Shown here: in pieces, positions 48,895 through 63,179 of the stretch
Layout of the letters: every line of letters begins with the position of its first letter
How positions within the stretch are numbered: position 1 is the first letter of the stretch
From: Octopus bimaculoides
Taxonomy: Eukaryota
DNA length: 64,000 nt
Assembly: GCF_001194135.2 (NCBI RefSeq)
Contig: NC_068989.1
Coordinates: forward strand, 10,438,565-10,502,564
Direction of reading: 5' to 3'
The notes under the pieces: generated by a model
Told to the model about the DNA's origin: nothing
The model's input: the letters and a program-made list of their open reading frames with translations, nothing else
The model's database searches: none
Made by a program: the position numbers and the translations under genes

Positions 48895-49273
48895 GAATTG
48901 TTGTTGTTGGCACTCCGTCGCTTACGACGTCGAGGGTTTCAGTTGATCCGATCAACAGAACACCCTGCTCGTGAAATTAACGTGCAAGTGGCTGAGCACT
49001 CCACAGACACGTGTACCCTTAGTGTGGTTCTCGGGGATATTCAACGAGACACAGTGTGACAAGGCTGACCCTTTGAATTACAGGCACAACAGAAACAGGA
49101 AGTAAGAGTGAGAGAAAGTTGTGGTGGAAGAGTACAGCAGGGTTCGCCACCATCCCCTGCCGGAGACTCGTGGAGCTTTAGGTGTTTTCGCTCAATAAAC
49201 ACTCACAACGCCCGGTCTTGGAATCGAAACCGCGAGTCCGCTGCCCTAACCACTGGGCCGTTGCGCCTCCACC
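48895..49273 (-). mobile_element. tRNA-derived SINE, family D (head GGAGGCGCAA(C/T)GGCCCAGTGG)
   Basis: A-box/B-box-like head (GGTTTCGATTCC) and (CAA)n tail. A second copy lies at 55809-56170 on the plus strand. Confidence 0.8.
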
Positions 49274-49913
49274 GGTAGAAAGAATTACACTGATGACTAA
49301 GGCTTGTTGGACCGACATCAAAGAAAAACAGATGACAAAGAATAGGAATACCATTTTCATAATTTATTTGGTTAACAGTTGCATTTGCGTGTTGGATACA
49401 GAAAGCTTGATTTGAAAAACGGACAAATATGCTGCTACATGAAGTTACCAACTTCTTCGAGTCGGCGAAGTAAAAGCGGAGGAAAGAGAATGCTTATGTG
49501 ACGAGATAGTATAAGGCATCTTATGTGTCTGTGTGTGCGTTCGTCATTTGGTCGGGTTGTGTTGTTTTTCTGATTGTGGTATGCAACTGCTAATGTATTG
49601 TGTCGACGGTCACTGCTTGCCCATCTCTGGCTATGTGTCTCACTGCTTGCTGATAACTGGTGTGTGTGTGTACAGAATTCGGTATTTATAATGGCCATCC
49701 TAGCTAGAAGGATGGGTACTTTTTGGTTATTTCACCCCCATTAAAAAATTGGGTTATCTCTCCACGTTTTATGAGAAATATCGGTTACTTTTGGTTATTT
49801 CCCCTCAACTAAAAATATTGTTTAACCCTCAATAAAAAAAAAAAGAAAAAGAAAAAATTAATAAACATGGAAAGTAAAAAGATGAAATGTCTTATTGAAT
49901 CTGATAATATTTT

Positions 49914-50037
49914 GGCACTGTCATGGTATTAGCTGTCAGAAGTGAAAGTAGAAAAATCTGAAGGAACGTTACTGCTGGTTTGAGTTGATTCTTTGGCTAC
50001 TGACAGCTAATACCATGACTGGCCGGAGCGAGCTATA

Positions 50038-50072
<35 letters not shown>

Positions 50073-50563
50073 ATCTATCTATCTATCACTCGAAAGTTAT
50101 TGGAACAAATTTGACACCTATATCCATGCGTTTGAAAACACACAGAGTATAAGGGTACTACTAAAGCAGAGTGGTCCCGAACGCGCAGTCGCGTGTCCGC
50201 GCTAGCTAGTCGTGAATGGTCGATCCTATTATTTTTAAACTTCAAACTTCATTTGTTTTCTATTTTGATAAATTCTCTCTGTTGAAAATTATATTTTTAT
50301 ATTTTAAATAATTTGCAATTTCAGAAAATATATTTTTATATTAAATTTGCGTTTTCTAATTTGATAAATTCTACGGACACAAACAGAGGTGAACGAGTGA
50401 TAGATAGATAGATATATATATATAGAGAGAGAGATAGTGAGATAGACAGAAAGACAGATAGATAGTTCCGGCTAGTCAGTAGCCAAAGAATCAACTCAAA
50501 CCAGCAGTAACGTTCCTTATCAGTTCTACTTTCAATTCTGACAGCTAATACCATGACAGTGCC
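49914..50563. mobile_element. Complete MITE with an 8-bp TSD, Merlin-like
   Basis: Termini GGCACTGTCATGGTATTAGCTGTCAG...CTGACAGCTAATACCATGACAGTGCC. Perfect TSD AATATTTT at 49906-49913 and 50564-50571. Long imperfect TIRs. Confidence 0.75.
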
Positions 50564-52040
50564 AATATTTTTATAACAAATCATACAAAACTGGAAAGAT
50601 TAATAAACGTGAGAGCTGAAAAAAAAATAATAATAATTAGTAGTGGCTGTGTGGTAAATAGCTTGCTTGGTTCCCGGTTCAGTCCCACTTCGTGGCACCT
50701 TGGGCAAGTGTCTTTTACTATAGCCTACATTCCTAAGCTTCTGACCCATATTGGCACTGGATATCTTGCCCTGGCTTGCGTCTGAATCATGTCAGTAGCA
50801 TGGAGAGGGTCTGTGAGGTGCTGTGCAAGCATTGCTACACCTAAAATTTTAGGTTGTGTAATCGCTGACGAGGTGACTATCTGATGCCTGGTCGTGTGGG
50901 AAGGTGTTGTGACAAGCATGAAAGCAGGGGACGCAACAATCTCATGCACAGGCATTGCTAGCATTTTGCTTGGGCGATGGTCAGTTGATGGTCTTCCTTG
51001 GTCACAAGTGGCTAGCCATCATCATCATGTATGTATCTTTATGTATGTATGTGAGTATGTATTTATATATATATATATATATATAAATACATACTCACAT
51101 ACCTACTTTTTAAGTTTGATAGTCATTCTATCAGTCTCAGAAAAGGGAGTGTAAGCATAATGACACACACACATATATATATATATATATATGTAGCAGG
51201 GGGTCAATTTGTTTTATTAAAAACTTTTAAGGCGGTGCTTCAGCATGGCCACAGTCCAATGACAGAAACACGTATAAAAGATAAAAGATATTCTGATCCC
51301 TCACAGACAGAAGTGATAAGGTTGAATGTAGGCATTAAATTAAAGTTACGTGTTTTCCAACTCGTAACGTAACATTTATCTCCCTTTAATCATGTTTTTC
51401 ATTCTTAACTCGCTTTCTGAGTGATTTCTCTTATTCCATATTAACGTCAAGCCAATACCAGATAGATTTCTTTTATTAAGCCACGCAGGGCCGAACACAG
51501 AGGGGACAATACAATGTAGAATTTTTTTTTTCAAAGCTGATCAATAGGGATCGAAAACGTTTTGGGACGTTTACACAAGGAGAAAACAAAGAATCGTTTT
51601 AACAAAACGGGGAGAAAATAAAACACTGACTATGGAATTTGGACATTAAATGATGATGATGATGATGATGATGTAAATCATAATCATCATCATCATCATT
51701 TAATGTCCATTTTCCATGCTGGCATTGGTTGACAACCGATGCTGGTGTGTTTATGTCCCCGTAACTTAGCGGTTTGGCAAAAAAGACCGATAGAATAAGT
51801 ACTAGGCTTACAAAGAATAAGTCCTGGGGNNNNNNNNNNAAGTACTAGGCTTACAAAGAATAAGTCCTGGGGTCGACTTGCTCGACTAAAAGCGGTGCTC
51901 CAGCATGGCCGCAGTCAAATGACTGAAACAAGTAAAAGAATAAGTCTGTCTATGAGTGCTTGTGAATTGGTGATCACATCTACAAGTGATGGTGTGTGTG
52001 AGTCTAGTGTCAGTATGATGCAGAAAACGATTATAATAAT

Positions 52041-52403
52041 AACAAGAGCACTCAGAGAGCGCAAACTACCACCAAAGCAACACCAACGTCCTCTCAACGA
52101 TTAGCCGGAGATGATTTTTAAAATGAGAATATCTGAAATAAACTTGACTGCTCTCACAAATGAGAATACTAAAAATGAACCTGACTGCTCTCAAAAATTA
52201 AGTAAAAAAAAAAACAGGAAAAATAACCCAGAATCCTTGTTTAATCCCAAAATCTAATCAGTTTGTGCTAGTCATGAGGCCAAACATCTCTGAAAGTTTC
52301 ATCCAAATCCATCCAGCGGTTCTTGAGATAACTTGTCCATGGACAAACAAACAAATGAATACAACTGGAAGTAATACCTCTGCCTTTGCCAAGACGGATG
52401 TAA
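52041..52403 (+). mobile_element. Helentron-associated (HINE/DINE-1-like) non-autonomous element
   Basis: 5-prime AACAAGAGCACTCAGAGAGCGCAAAC, internal AAGTTTCATCCAAATCCATCCAGCGG, an (ACAA)n tract and a degenerate 3-prime stem-loop ACCTCTGCCTTTGCCAAGACGGATGT. Confidence 0.55.
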
Positions 52404-53688
52404 TAATATTTTCTATTATAAATGATCTTGGCATTCTTTTCATTTTACATAAAATATTCTTTACAATCTACTGTTGTTTTACTGCCATTTATTTAAAAGT
52501 ATTCTAAATTTTATACGTAAAATATTTTTCTGGAAGTGAATTACGATTTATAACATTGCTACTATGGGAAATTATTGCTCTGCTTTACAAGTTTTCACTT
52601 TATGAGCGGTCTCTGGGAACGAATTAACTCAGTAAATCAAGGCATTACTGTATTCTGTTTTGGTTTCGTAGAATAAAGCCTGGTCACAACTTTTATGCAT
52701 TCAAATGAAGAGGCAATACACTCTAGCTAATGTCAGTGAAATGTGGGGGCTGGATCACTAGTCAGTGTAGGAGAAATTAGTGGTTTATTTGTTCTTCCTA
52801 GACCATCCTATAACCTGATAATTCTCTCATATTTCAGGCCAACACGCCCTGGCTGGTTCTTATTTGCTGGCAGGCCACAAACTCACAGATAAAAATACAA
52901 GGTCTCACTACCCACATTTTCTTGGGTCATATGGAAACACACACACACAAGTGTATGTGAATATATGTGTGTATTATTATTATTATTATTATCATCATCA
53001 CTATTATTATTATTATTATTATCATCATCATCACTATTATTATTATTATTATTATTATTTTCCAGCAGATCAATTCTGTTTCCATTTCTTTCTGAGTGTC
53101 TTCTTGACACCTATCATCATCATCGTCATCGTCATCGTCATCATCAAATGTGTTTTGGAAAAATTTTAATAGATTATGTTATTGTTTAGAATGTATTCAT
53201 GCTTATAGAACAAGCCTGTGTGTGTTTCTTTTTTTTTTTTGTTAGGTAGGTACAAGGTGTGACAATATTAATGTTACTTTTGATCTGACTGGATTTAATC
53301 CTTTTGCTTTGACAACATAAATGTCAAAAGTTCAAAGTTCAGTATTTAAGCTTTTTAGTAATTGGTTGTACCACCTTTTTTTTTTTCGACAATGATAAAA
53401 GGCAATCTAATCCAGAGGGGAGAGAGAGATAGAGAGGAAGAGAGAGAGAGCAATGACAGAGACTCATGATGTATGGGCGAATATCTATCTATCTATCTAT
53501 TTGTTTCTCTATCTATCTATCTATCTATCTATATATATATATTTAATTATATGCGTATATATATATATATATATACATAATAAATTCAATAATGGGATAA
53601 AAATCTTTTACAAGAATTTTATCAGGAAGCTAGTGTGTAAAAAATTCATAAGGGAATTTTCTATTCCCAAGAATATGATCATTCGTTT

Positions 53689-53788
53689 ATATTTATATAA
53701 GGGCTTTACTACAGAATAATGCCACACATGTTTATTTGGGAAATCTAGTGTGTGGCATTATTCTGTAGTAATGCCCTTATATAAATAT
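53689..53788. repeat. Near-perfect hairpin (40-bp arms, 20-nt loop)
   Basis: Arms 53689-53728 and 53749-53788 differ at 1 position. Confidence 0.9.
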
Positions 53789-53869
53789 ATATACATAATA
53801 TATTTATATATTATGTATATGGATGTATTAATATATGTATGTATGCCTGTATATATTTGAGATAATAGT

Positions 53870-54165
53870 TTCACTTTAAATAGTTTCACTTTAAATAGTT
53901 TCAGTATTAAAGTGAAAATATCTGACATTACAATTGAGAGGTGTTATTGTTTCACTTTTGACACGTAATACTGAAATAGTGGAGGAGATATGATATTGCT
54001 CTGGGCTCACACTAGGCAAGAAGTTAAAAGTTTTTTTTTGGCCCATGACACTACATGGACCCTAAGTAAGGCATGTGTAAAATTTGAATGAAATTGGTTG
54101 TGTAGTTCTCAAGTTTTAGGGATTCACACAGACAGATAGACACATCTCATCTTTATATATATAGA
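53870..54165 (-). mobile_element. Helitron-like 5-prime fragment
   Basis: Reverse complement of the 33968-34250 block, starting at TCTATATATATAAAG. Confidence 0.65.
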
Positions 54166-57100
54166 TAGGCGCAGGAGTGGCTGTGTGGTATAGGCGCAGG
54201 AGTGGCTGTGTGGTAAGTAGCTTGCTTACCAACCACATGGTTCCGGGTTCATTTCCACTGCGTGGCACCTTGGGCAAGCGTCTTCTACTATAGCCTCAGG
54301 CCGACCAAAGCCTTGTGAGTGGATTTGGTAGATAGAAACTGAAAGAAGCCTGTCGTATATATGTATATATATATGTGTGTGTGTATATGTTTGTGTGTCT
54401 GTGTTTGTCCCCCCAACATCGCTTGACAACCGATGGTGGTGTGTTTACAACCCCGTAACCTAGCAGTTCAGCAAAAAGAGACCGATAGAATAAGTACTAG
54501 GCTTACAAAGAATAAGTCCTGGGGTCGATTTGCTCGACTAAAGGCGGTGCTCCAGCATGGCCACAGTCAAATGACTGAAAGAAGTAAAAGAGTAAAGATA
54601 CACATATTTATACATAATGATCACCATTGTTTTAATGTCCAGAGTCTCAAATCTGGCCCATGATATGAAATGGTATATGGTATACAAAGTGTGATAGATG
54701 AAAGCATATGACCTTGTGGTTAGGGTGTTGTCCTTGTGATTGTAAGATCATACTTTTGTTTCCTGGACCAGATAGTGGGTTGTGCTTTTGAGCAAGATAT
54801 TTAATCTTATGTTGTTGTAGTCCGCTCAACTGTAAATGAGTAACCTTGTGAAGGATCAGCGTCCCATTCAAAGGGAAATGTGATCTTGGTCATTGATATG
54901 TCATGGAAACTGAGGAATCAGCCTGGTGAGTCAAGAAAAAAACTATGGAATGGTAGGGATATGATGTGGATAGATATCTTTCTCTGTGATATATGGTGAG
55001 ATGTGTGCTGATGTACAGTAATGTCATGATATAGCATAGTATGTGATAATACAATACCATGGTATAGCATGGCTACAATATCATGTGGTGCTATGTTGTT
55101 ATTTAGCTCCAGATTAGATCTGATTATGCAACCCTATGATCAAACACATATTAGCTATGACCATGTTCTCTGGTGGGGTGGCTAAGTGAATCGAGGAAGA
55201 TACGGATGCTATTTCTATTAAGTCAAATGAAGACATTAAGGCTTCTTCATTGGTTCATGCTGTGTGATAGTGTTGTTTAGTTCCAGTTCAGCCTGGATAA
55301 GTAGACTTACAATCAAACGCGTTCCAGCTGTAACCGTCCTGTGATAGTAGTGCAAGTGGGTGGCTTGAGGGAGGTTTTGTTAGTTGGTTCAAGGATCATG
55401 TAAAGCAGGACTTCCCAAGCTTGAGGTGAATTTGATCCCATGAGGTAAATTTAACCTACCCAGGAAATAAATTTGCTGATTCAGAATTTGTACATATTTT
55501 TTATTTTAATTGTAATTTTAAAAACCTGTAGTTGAAAAGAACATTTAAAATGAAATTTTTTTTACTTTCTCTGAGTTTGGATTTAACAATTTGTATTGTA
55601 TATACTTTTTAATTACTGTTATTAATGGTGTAATCTGATTTGAAAGACTATATTTGATCCTGGTATTTGTTCATCATTTCTTTATAAATAAGTGAAATAA
55701 CATAGTCATAGACTACATTTATATATTTGCCAATATATTTGCCTAATCCTTGTTAGCATAGAAAACAGACATAAAAATGAATGAATAGACCTGTATACAA
55801 TATTATACGTGGAGGCACAATGGCCCAGTGGTCAGGGCAGCGGACTTGCGGTCATAGGATCGTGGTTTCGATTCCCAGACCGAGCGTTATGAGTGTTTAT
55901 TGAGCAAAAACACCTAAAAGCTCCACAAGGCTCTGGCAGGGGATGGTGGCAAACCCTGCTGTACTCTTCCACCACAACTTTCTCTCACTCTTACTTCCTA
56001 TTTCTGTTGTGCCTGTAATTCAAAGGGTCAGCCTTGTTACACTGTGTCACGCTGAATATCCTCAAGAACTATGTTAAGGGTACACGTGTCTGTGGAGTGC
56101 TCAGCCACTTGCACGTTAATTTCACGAGCAGGCTGTTCCGTTGATCGGATCAACTGGAACCCTCGATCTCCTGGTAGGGTTTTNNNNNNNNNNNATACAT
56201 CATTAGATGTACACCTGACTTTCCTATATTAAATTAAGAATTGAACAGAACGCTGAACTCCAGACTATCAACACAAACAACATTTATTCAAGGAGGAAAA
56301 TATACATCTTTACTCTTGTTTGTTGAGACGTCTTCGGTGTGTGAGAACATGGTTGTTGGGACGTTGGTATATTGATGTGAGCTGTCTAGCGTGAGTTCGA
56401 AAGATGGAGAGACAGCTAGACACGTCCTTGCTCAATCGCTGGCCAGCAAGAAAGAGGGCGATCAAAGCGGGAAAGCTTGGTTGTTGAATTCCACGCATGC
56501 GCACGGCGTCACTACAGGTTCTTATGCTGGACAGCTCAGAGTAGTGGCCAGACTAACGTGGATTAGCTTTTCTGAGAGGTAAAAACGGGCTTGAGTAGTA
56601 AAAAGCAAAGTTATAGATGCATTGACGACAATTCAAACCCAACAAGACCTAGGAGATGTAGGGCTTCTCACAGGGAAACATAGAGAAACAGAAAAGACGA
56701 TGGAAAGTCGAAAACAATGGAGAAAAATTGTTGATGGTCTACCATAACTTTTCTAAGAATGGTAAAGTTTAGGCTAAGACTAAAACAAGTCCAAAGTTGT
56801 TTCTTGTTGGTATAATTAAAGTGATATTAGTCACTGACTCATATTGTAATTTCCTTATCATATAATTATATATAGATTTTTAATGCTTATTGTCTGAAAT
56901 ATGTTGACACTAACTTAAATATATTCAAATCACTTAGATATTTTATCATTTAGCTGTTATCAAATTTCATCAAGTCATGATGAAATTTATTGTTAGTTTA
57001 TACTGGTGGAGGGCAGAGGGCTGTCTTATCAACATAAATTGATAAAAGATTAAACTACCTTGACAACTCCGGTTCAGTTTTTGGTGTGTAGAAAACCTGG

Positions 57101-58787
57101 GTTGTCACAATTTCTTATCATCATCATCATTTAATGTCTAGGCTTGAGGGCTTGACAGGATCCGGTGTCTGTTTTGGCATGGTTTCTATGCCTAGATGCC
57201 CTTCCTTATGCCAACCACTTTACAGCTAATACTTGTTGTGTTACCAGCACTAGTCAGCTTGGCATGCAATTTGCAAGTGTACAAAACCCTGGGGAACAAC
57301 TTTATGTCTGGAGATTAGGGGTAAAAGGTGGGTAAAAGTATGAAAGAATGGGCCTGACCAGAACAAGTTTCTTGCTGTGGAGGAGCAGCATGGCTACTCA
57401 CATTTTAGAAAAGAGGATGGAAGTGATTGAGGGTGGAAGATTGGAAACGAAGGACACTGATTGTATGATGGTGACACTTTTTTGCAACAATCACATTATA
57501 TCAAGACAAGGAGACCCCAATTCACACACACACACATTGATATCTATATAAAGGCGGTGAGCTGGCAGAAACGTTAGCACGCCGGGCGAAATGCTTAGCA
57601 GTATTTCATCTGTCTTTACATTCTGAGTTCAAATTCCGCCAAGGCCGACTTTGCCTTTCATCCTTTTGGGGTCGATAAATTAAGTACCAGTTGTGCACTG
57701 GGGTTGATCTAATTGACTGACCCCCTCCCCCCAAAATTTCGGGCCTTGTGCCTAGAGTAGAAAAGGATATCTATATATGACCAGCTTCTTTCAGTTTCCA
57801 CCTACTAAATTCACTCACAAAGATTTGGTCAACCTAGATGAAGAGAGGGTGGAAGTGATTGTGCAATGAGAGAGTGGGGAATATATACATAAATATTCTA
57901 TGAATAATTCAATTAACTGATCTTATTGGAAGAGTATATAAAAGCTAAAAACACAAGTGTGATAGGACCTCACATATATAATATAGTAAGCAGAAAAAAT
58001 TTTGATCATCTGAAATTAATGAAGCTAGTTGACAAAACCCCCTTCTAGAGTTTTAAAATCTAGAGCAAGGGAGATAATCCCCTTGCTTGTTAGATTTTAC
58101 ATATCTAAGGAGTTTTTTCTACAAGTTGCATGGATAGCTTCAGTTGGTCAAAGTCTTTCTAGTTGCTATGCTGAAAGAAGTTACTACTTTAAAAAGTTAC
58201 TATATTAAAAATGTGAGGACCTACTGAATTTTGTACTTAGAATGACACAGTTTTGGTCCTATGACTAAGAAATTTGGTTTTCTAACCACATGGTTCTGGG
58301 TTCAGTCCCACTACATGGCACATTGTGCAAATGTCTTCTACTATAGCTTCAAGATGACCAAAGCCTTGTGAGTGGATTTGGTTGACGGAAACTAAAAAAA
58401 GCCTGTCTTATGTGTATATGTGAGTGTGTGTGTGTGTTTGTTTTCCTTTGTTTTGACATTACATGATAGTTTTATTCATTTCCAATCTTCTGCGAGGATA
58501 TGCCTGATCATGGAGAAAATATCACCTTGTTTGGAATTAGGTAAGGTTACTGCCCGACTACTTGGTTCTGGGTTCAGTCCCACTGTTTGACACCTTCGGC
58601 AAGTGTCTTTTATTATAGACCTGGGTTTATAAAATTCTTGTAAGTGAATTTAACAAATGGAAACTGAAAGAAGCTGGTCATATATCATCATCATCATTTA
58701 GCGTCAATTTTCCATGGTGGCATGGCTTGACTGGAACTGAAAATCCACAGAGCTACACACTGCAATGGTGGTAGGGAAAAAACAAAG

Positions 58788-58869
<82 letters not shown>

Positions 58870-60605
58870 GATGGGCTTCTTTCAGTTTCCATCTACCAAA
58901 TCAACTCACAAGGCTTTGGTTGGCCCAAGGCTATAGTAGAAGACATGTGCCCAAGGTGCCACGCAGTGGGACTGAACCCAGAACCATGTGGCTGGTAAGC
59001 AAGCTACTTACCACACAGCCACTCCTGCGCCTATATATATCATCATCATCATCATCATTTAATGTCTGTTTTCCATGCTGGCATGGGTTGGATGACTTAA
59101 CAGGAGTTCACCAGTCAGAGAGCTGCCCAGTCTCTAGTTGTGTGTCTGGCATGGTTTCTATGGCTGGATGCCCTTTTTATTGCCAACCCCTTTTACAAAG
59201 AGCACTGAATGCTTTTTATGTGGCATCTGTATGGTACACACACACACATACTTTCATATGTATGTATGATGAGGTCTAATAAACTTCAAACATGTCCATT
59301 ACTTTTGCCAGTTGTCTTTGAAGATCAGGTTAACTCTGATTTGCATTATCTATATATCTTTGAAAAATGTTTATCTTGATCTTATTGAAATTATCTCCCT
59401 TGCTTGTTGTTTCTAGGTTTTAAACATCAATAGAGGGAGTTTTTGTCCACTCATTGCGTAGATAGTTGATTAAAATTTTTTTTCTATTCACTGCATTCAC
59501 TGCATTACGTTCAGCAAATTTTTTAGCGATGGTATAGCCGGTAAAATCGAATCCAGCTCTTGTACTTATTTTACCGACACCTAGGATGAAATGCTGGTCG
59601 ACTTCGGCGTTATTTGAACTAATAATATGCAACATGAACACAGAATAACAATTTTTTTGTGGGGGAGGGGGCGTTGAGAAATGTGGGTACGGAGGTAGGT
59701 TCACGAACTGGGACTTTAAGATATTGATGGGATCAAATAAAAACAAAAAAACATGCAAACTTGGATGGATTCTAACCGCAGACTAAAAAAAGATTATGTA
59801 ACTAAATGCTGCTAAACAGAACTATTATAAGATGTAATTTCATACATCTAAGTTCAAATACCGCTATGGATGACCTTGCCCTTTATCGTCCCCAGGGGAC
59901 AACGATACAATAAGTACCAAGAATGGTCCGTGTCAATTCAATCGACTATTCATAGCTGTAATCATATTCTTGGCTTTGCGCCAGTACAAGAAACCATTTA
60001 TGTTTTTGCCGATTTGCCTCATCATTAGAATAGGATAAGAGAGAGAGAGAGAGAGAGGGGATAAAATACAGCAGTAGGTCAATGAGTTCTTATTAGTCAC
60101 CGTGTCCACTTTATCAGTAATGTTACTGGTCATTTAATCTTACTGTTGACAAACATATTTAAGTTTAACAGACGTTACTATGGAATAAGATTAAAAAAAA
60201 AAAAGTTGACTGTTTTATCTTAAATCTGGTAATGTTTAGTTCCCAAATGCATGTGTTAAGCCTAAATGTTGCGTAATCAGTACGGATGTATGCATTGTAA
60301 TGCCTCTATGCATATAACTGCTGTTATGTATACATATGTGTTAATTTTAGGAATTATTTTAAAGATATTTTAAGAATAACAACAATATAACATGTTCGTA
60401 ATCAAGATTAAACATACGCACATGTATGTGCGCGCGCGCGTGTATATCTATATACATACACACATACATATATATATATGTATGTATGTATGTATATACT
60501 TGGATAAGATTATCAGTGACATATGATTTCACTTTCTTTAGTACTTAAAACGGTCAATGTCATGCTTTCGGTAATAATCTATGGAGGTTAAGTCAGAATA
60601 GAAAG

Positions 60606-60639
60606 TCTGCTATTGGCTTGAATCTGCTATTGGCTTGAA
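60606..60639 (+). promoter_or_regulatory. Tandem 17-bp repeat with inverted CCAAT boxes upstream of TPP2
   Basis: TCTGCTATTGGCTTGAA occurs twice, plus a partial third unit, about 200 bp upstream of the TPP2 ATG. Confidence 0.45.
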
Positions 60640-60843
60640 TCTACCATTGCAGAAGAAGAAGTAGCTCTTGGCAAAAGACTAGTAGCAGAAAAAGCAAAGC
60701 AAGAACAAGGTGCTTAGTGGTAAGAGGAGGAAGACGGTGGTGGCGGCTGCGGCGGCAGAGAAACATACAACAAGCGAAAACTGCTGCACTCTCTAAAAGA
60801 CGGAGAGTAAGAAAAGAACTTGCTTGGTCACCGGTGCACAAGT

Positions 60844-61005
60844 ATGGCGTCATCGGCAGATACAGTTTTCCCTGTCGAAGGTCTTTTACCAAAAAAAGAA
60901 ACTGGTTCAACTTCATTTCTCGCCAAGTATCCTGACTACGATGGTAGAGGAATCTTAATCGCTGTATTAGATACTGGAGTTGATCCTGGTGCTGCTGGTT
61001 TACAG
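60844..61005 (+). CDS. TPP2: Tripeptidyl-peptidase 2, first coding exon (gene continues beyond the window)
   Basis: [54 protein letters not shown] contains the TPP2 N-terminus and the subtilase catalytic Asp motif DTGVD, followed by CAG|GTAGAG in phase 0. Confidence 0.93.
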
Positions 61006-63179
61006 GTAGAGCTAGATTTTTTTTTCCTCCTTATATGTGTAGGTGTGTATTAGCCATGTGTGGTATCGTTCGTTGCTAAAGCTTTAATTGTCAAAATTAA
61101 AAATGAAATATGTTATATTCTGGTTAATAAAATAGATTTATTATAACCTGAGTGAACCAAACCCAATCACAAATTATTTGCTGACTCAACATTTTATCAA
61201 TTAAGACACCCGTTAAAGTACATGTACCTTTTTTGGTCAAGATCCCTCAATAATGGTTACAAAATGGGGGTTCTATTTATAATTGTGATCAATTATATAT
61301 TTATCCCCTATTTTATAACTATACCTTTTATTTTACAATTCATCATCACCCTTAATGCAGTTTAAAAAAAAAATGAATGGCTATATCTTTTTATTTCTTT
61401 TATTTGTTTATTTTTCTTTTTAATCCTGCTGCAATGATTACGAATTGTCATTAAATAGTTAATTTAGCAACTTGTTCTCTTTTTTCTGATTTCGTCTGTC
61501 TTTATTTTTCGTCAGATGATAATTTTAAAGTACCTTTTAGGGGGTTAGGAAATAGTAATAACTTTCGACATTTTTTTTTTTTTATCTTTACGTACCCTAC
61601 TATATTTCGACAACTTTTTTTAGCGTATTTCACCTGCAGCCTCATCACCATCTTAATGTCTGTGCATGTAGAACAAGAGACCTACATCTATATAAAAGAA
61701 AACTCCCATCACGCACCGATTGTTCAATTAGCGGAAGTAAAGAGGATAACCTTAGGAAAAGTTGTCAAAATACGTAAAGGTAAATGTCGTCATTCTCCAA
61801 GACCGGTCAGGTTTTACCTTCTTGGTTATTAATATGCCATATTGTGTGGCCGTTTATCCTCCCGAATTCCTTCTATATTGTACAAACAAATGGTCTGATT
61901 TCAGATTCCTGTAGTATTTGACTTTATCAGTATCCTACGTGTATGTATAACTATTCACACGTTCACATACACCAGTTACTATATTCTAGGTTAGTTATCC
62001 CGGATGCAATCTCCATTACTAGTTGCAAACTTCTGCCCGTGTAAATATCCATAATTTAAAGTCCCACAGATCTGAAATTGCTTCACGAAACATAACAAAA
62101 TATTCTAAGGTTAATTGTATCTGGTGCTCCTCTCTAAATTTGCTTGTGAATATTGTATACATTTTAGTTGTTAAAATTATTGATTAATCCAGATGTCCAC
62201 GTACATTCAATGTATTCGTATTTTGATTTAAAATCGATTTTGTTTGAAAGTTTAGCATTTAGGCAAAGTTTAATTTCTCATGTCATGAGTAGCGTGAGTC
62301 AAGCAATGACCAGGCATTTCAAAATATTCTTGCCTGAATTATTTGAAGTTGAGAATTAGATACTTTACAAAGTTTTGCGTTGTTGTATATTGATCGCTGT
62401 ATGACACATTCTCGTCAGTCACGGCGACAGAAAGTTCTTATAACCTCTTAAATTCAACGATGATGCAAGACGAGTGAAGAACCCGTGACATAATCATTAC
62501 AAGCTCGTGATGAAAAAAACAAAAAACAAACAAAACTAGTGGGATACAGACGTTGTCAACTAAAGTGCATATCCACCCTACTTTTTATCTGCCGGGGGCA
62601 TTGCTTTTCTCATCGCCTGCATTTAATACACAGTGGTATATGAAAAAAGAAAGAAAGAAAAAATGGGGTATAAAAAACAGTATTGACTCCTTCCAAATTT
62701 GAATTGTCAAGTTGTATTGAAAGGTCTTTTAGTTACTCTCGCAATCTTTGTTCCCAACAGAAGAACTAAACGTTTTGATTTAAAATTTAATTTTTCAATG
62801 GAAGTACAGCCTTTTAAAAATAATTTTTGTTTCTGACAATCTTAAAACTATACCGGGAGACAATTTTACTCGATTAACACAATAAAGGGAGACAGATGTT
62901 GGCAGTTCTAAAGAAAGGTTTTAAGGAGGAAGGATTTGTGCAATTTTGGTTAGTGAGATGTTTCAGAAAAATGAGTTGGATAATTTCCTAATTCATCTTT
63001 AATAAACATCTACAACAAAACTACTTTCTGAGTGAACAAGATTTATGATCAAACTTAGTATATGAAGAAAAAAATGTTATTTATGAGATAACCTGCTTTG
63101 GGCAACAGATTTGACATGTAGCTTGAGCAAAGTCCCAGCCAAACCAAAAGTAACATGTTGGTGAAATGATAAGGTTCCT

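Noticed and set aside
48895-49273. tRNA genes at SINE heads
   Set aside because: The A/B boxes are followed by SINE bodies and tails. No complete cloverleaf is evident, and the copies are dispersed.
44785-50563. RIOK1 captured inside a transposon by the inverted repeats flanking it
   Set aside because: The 49914-50563 element is complete with its own TSD, and the 45022 end is a right terminus facing RIOK1. The gene therefore lies outside both elements.
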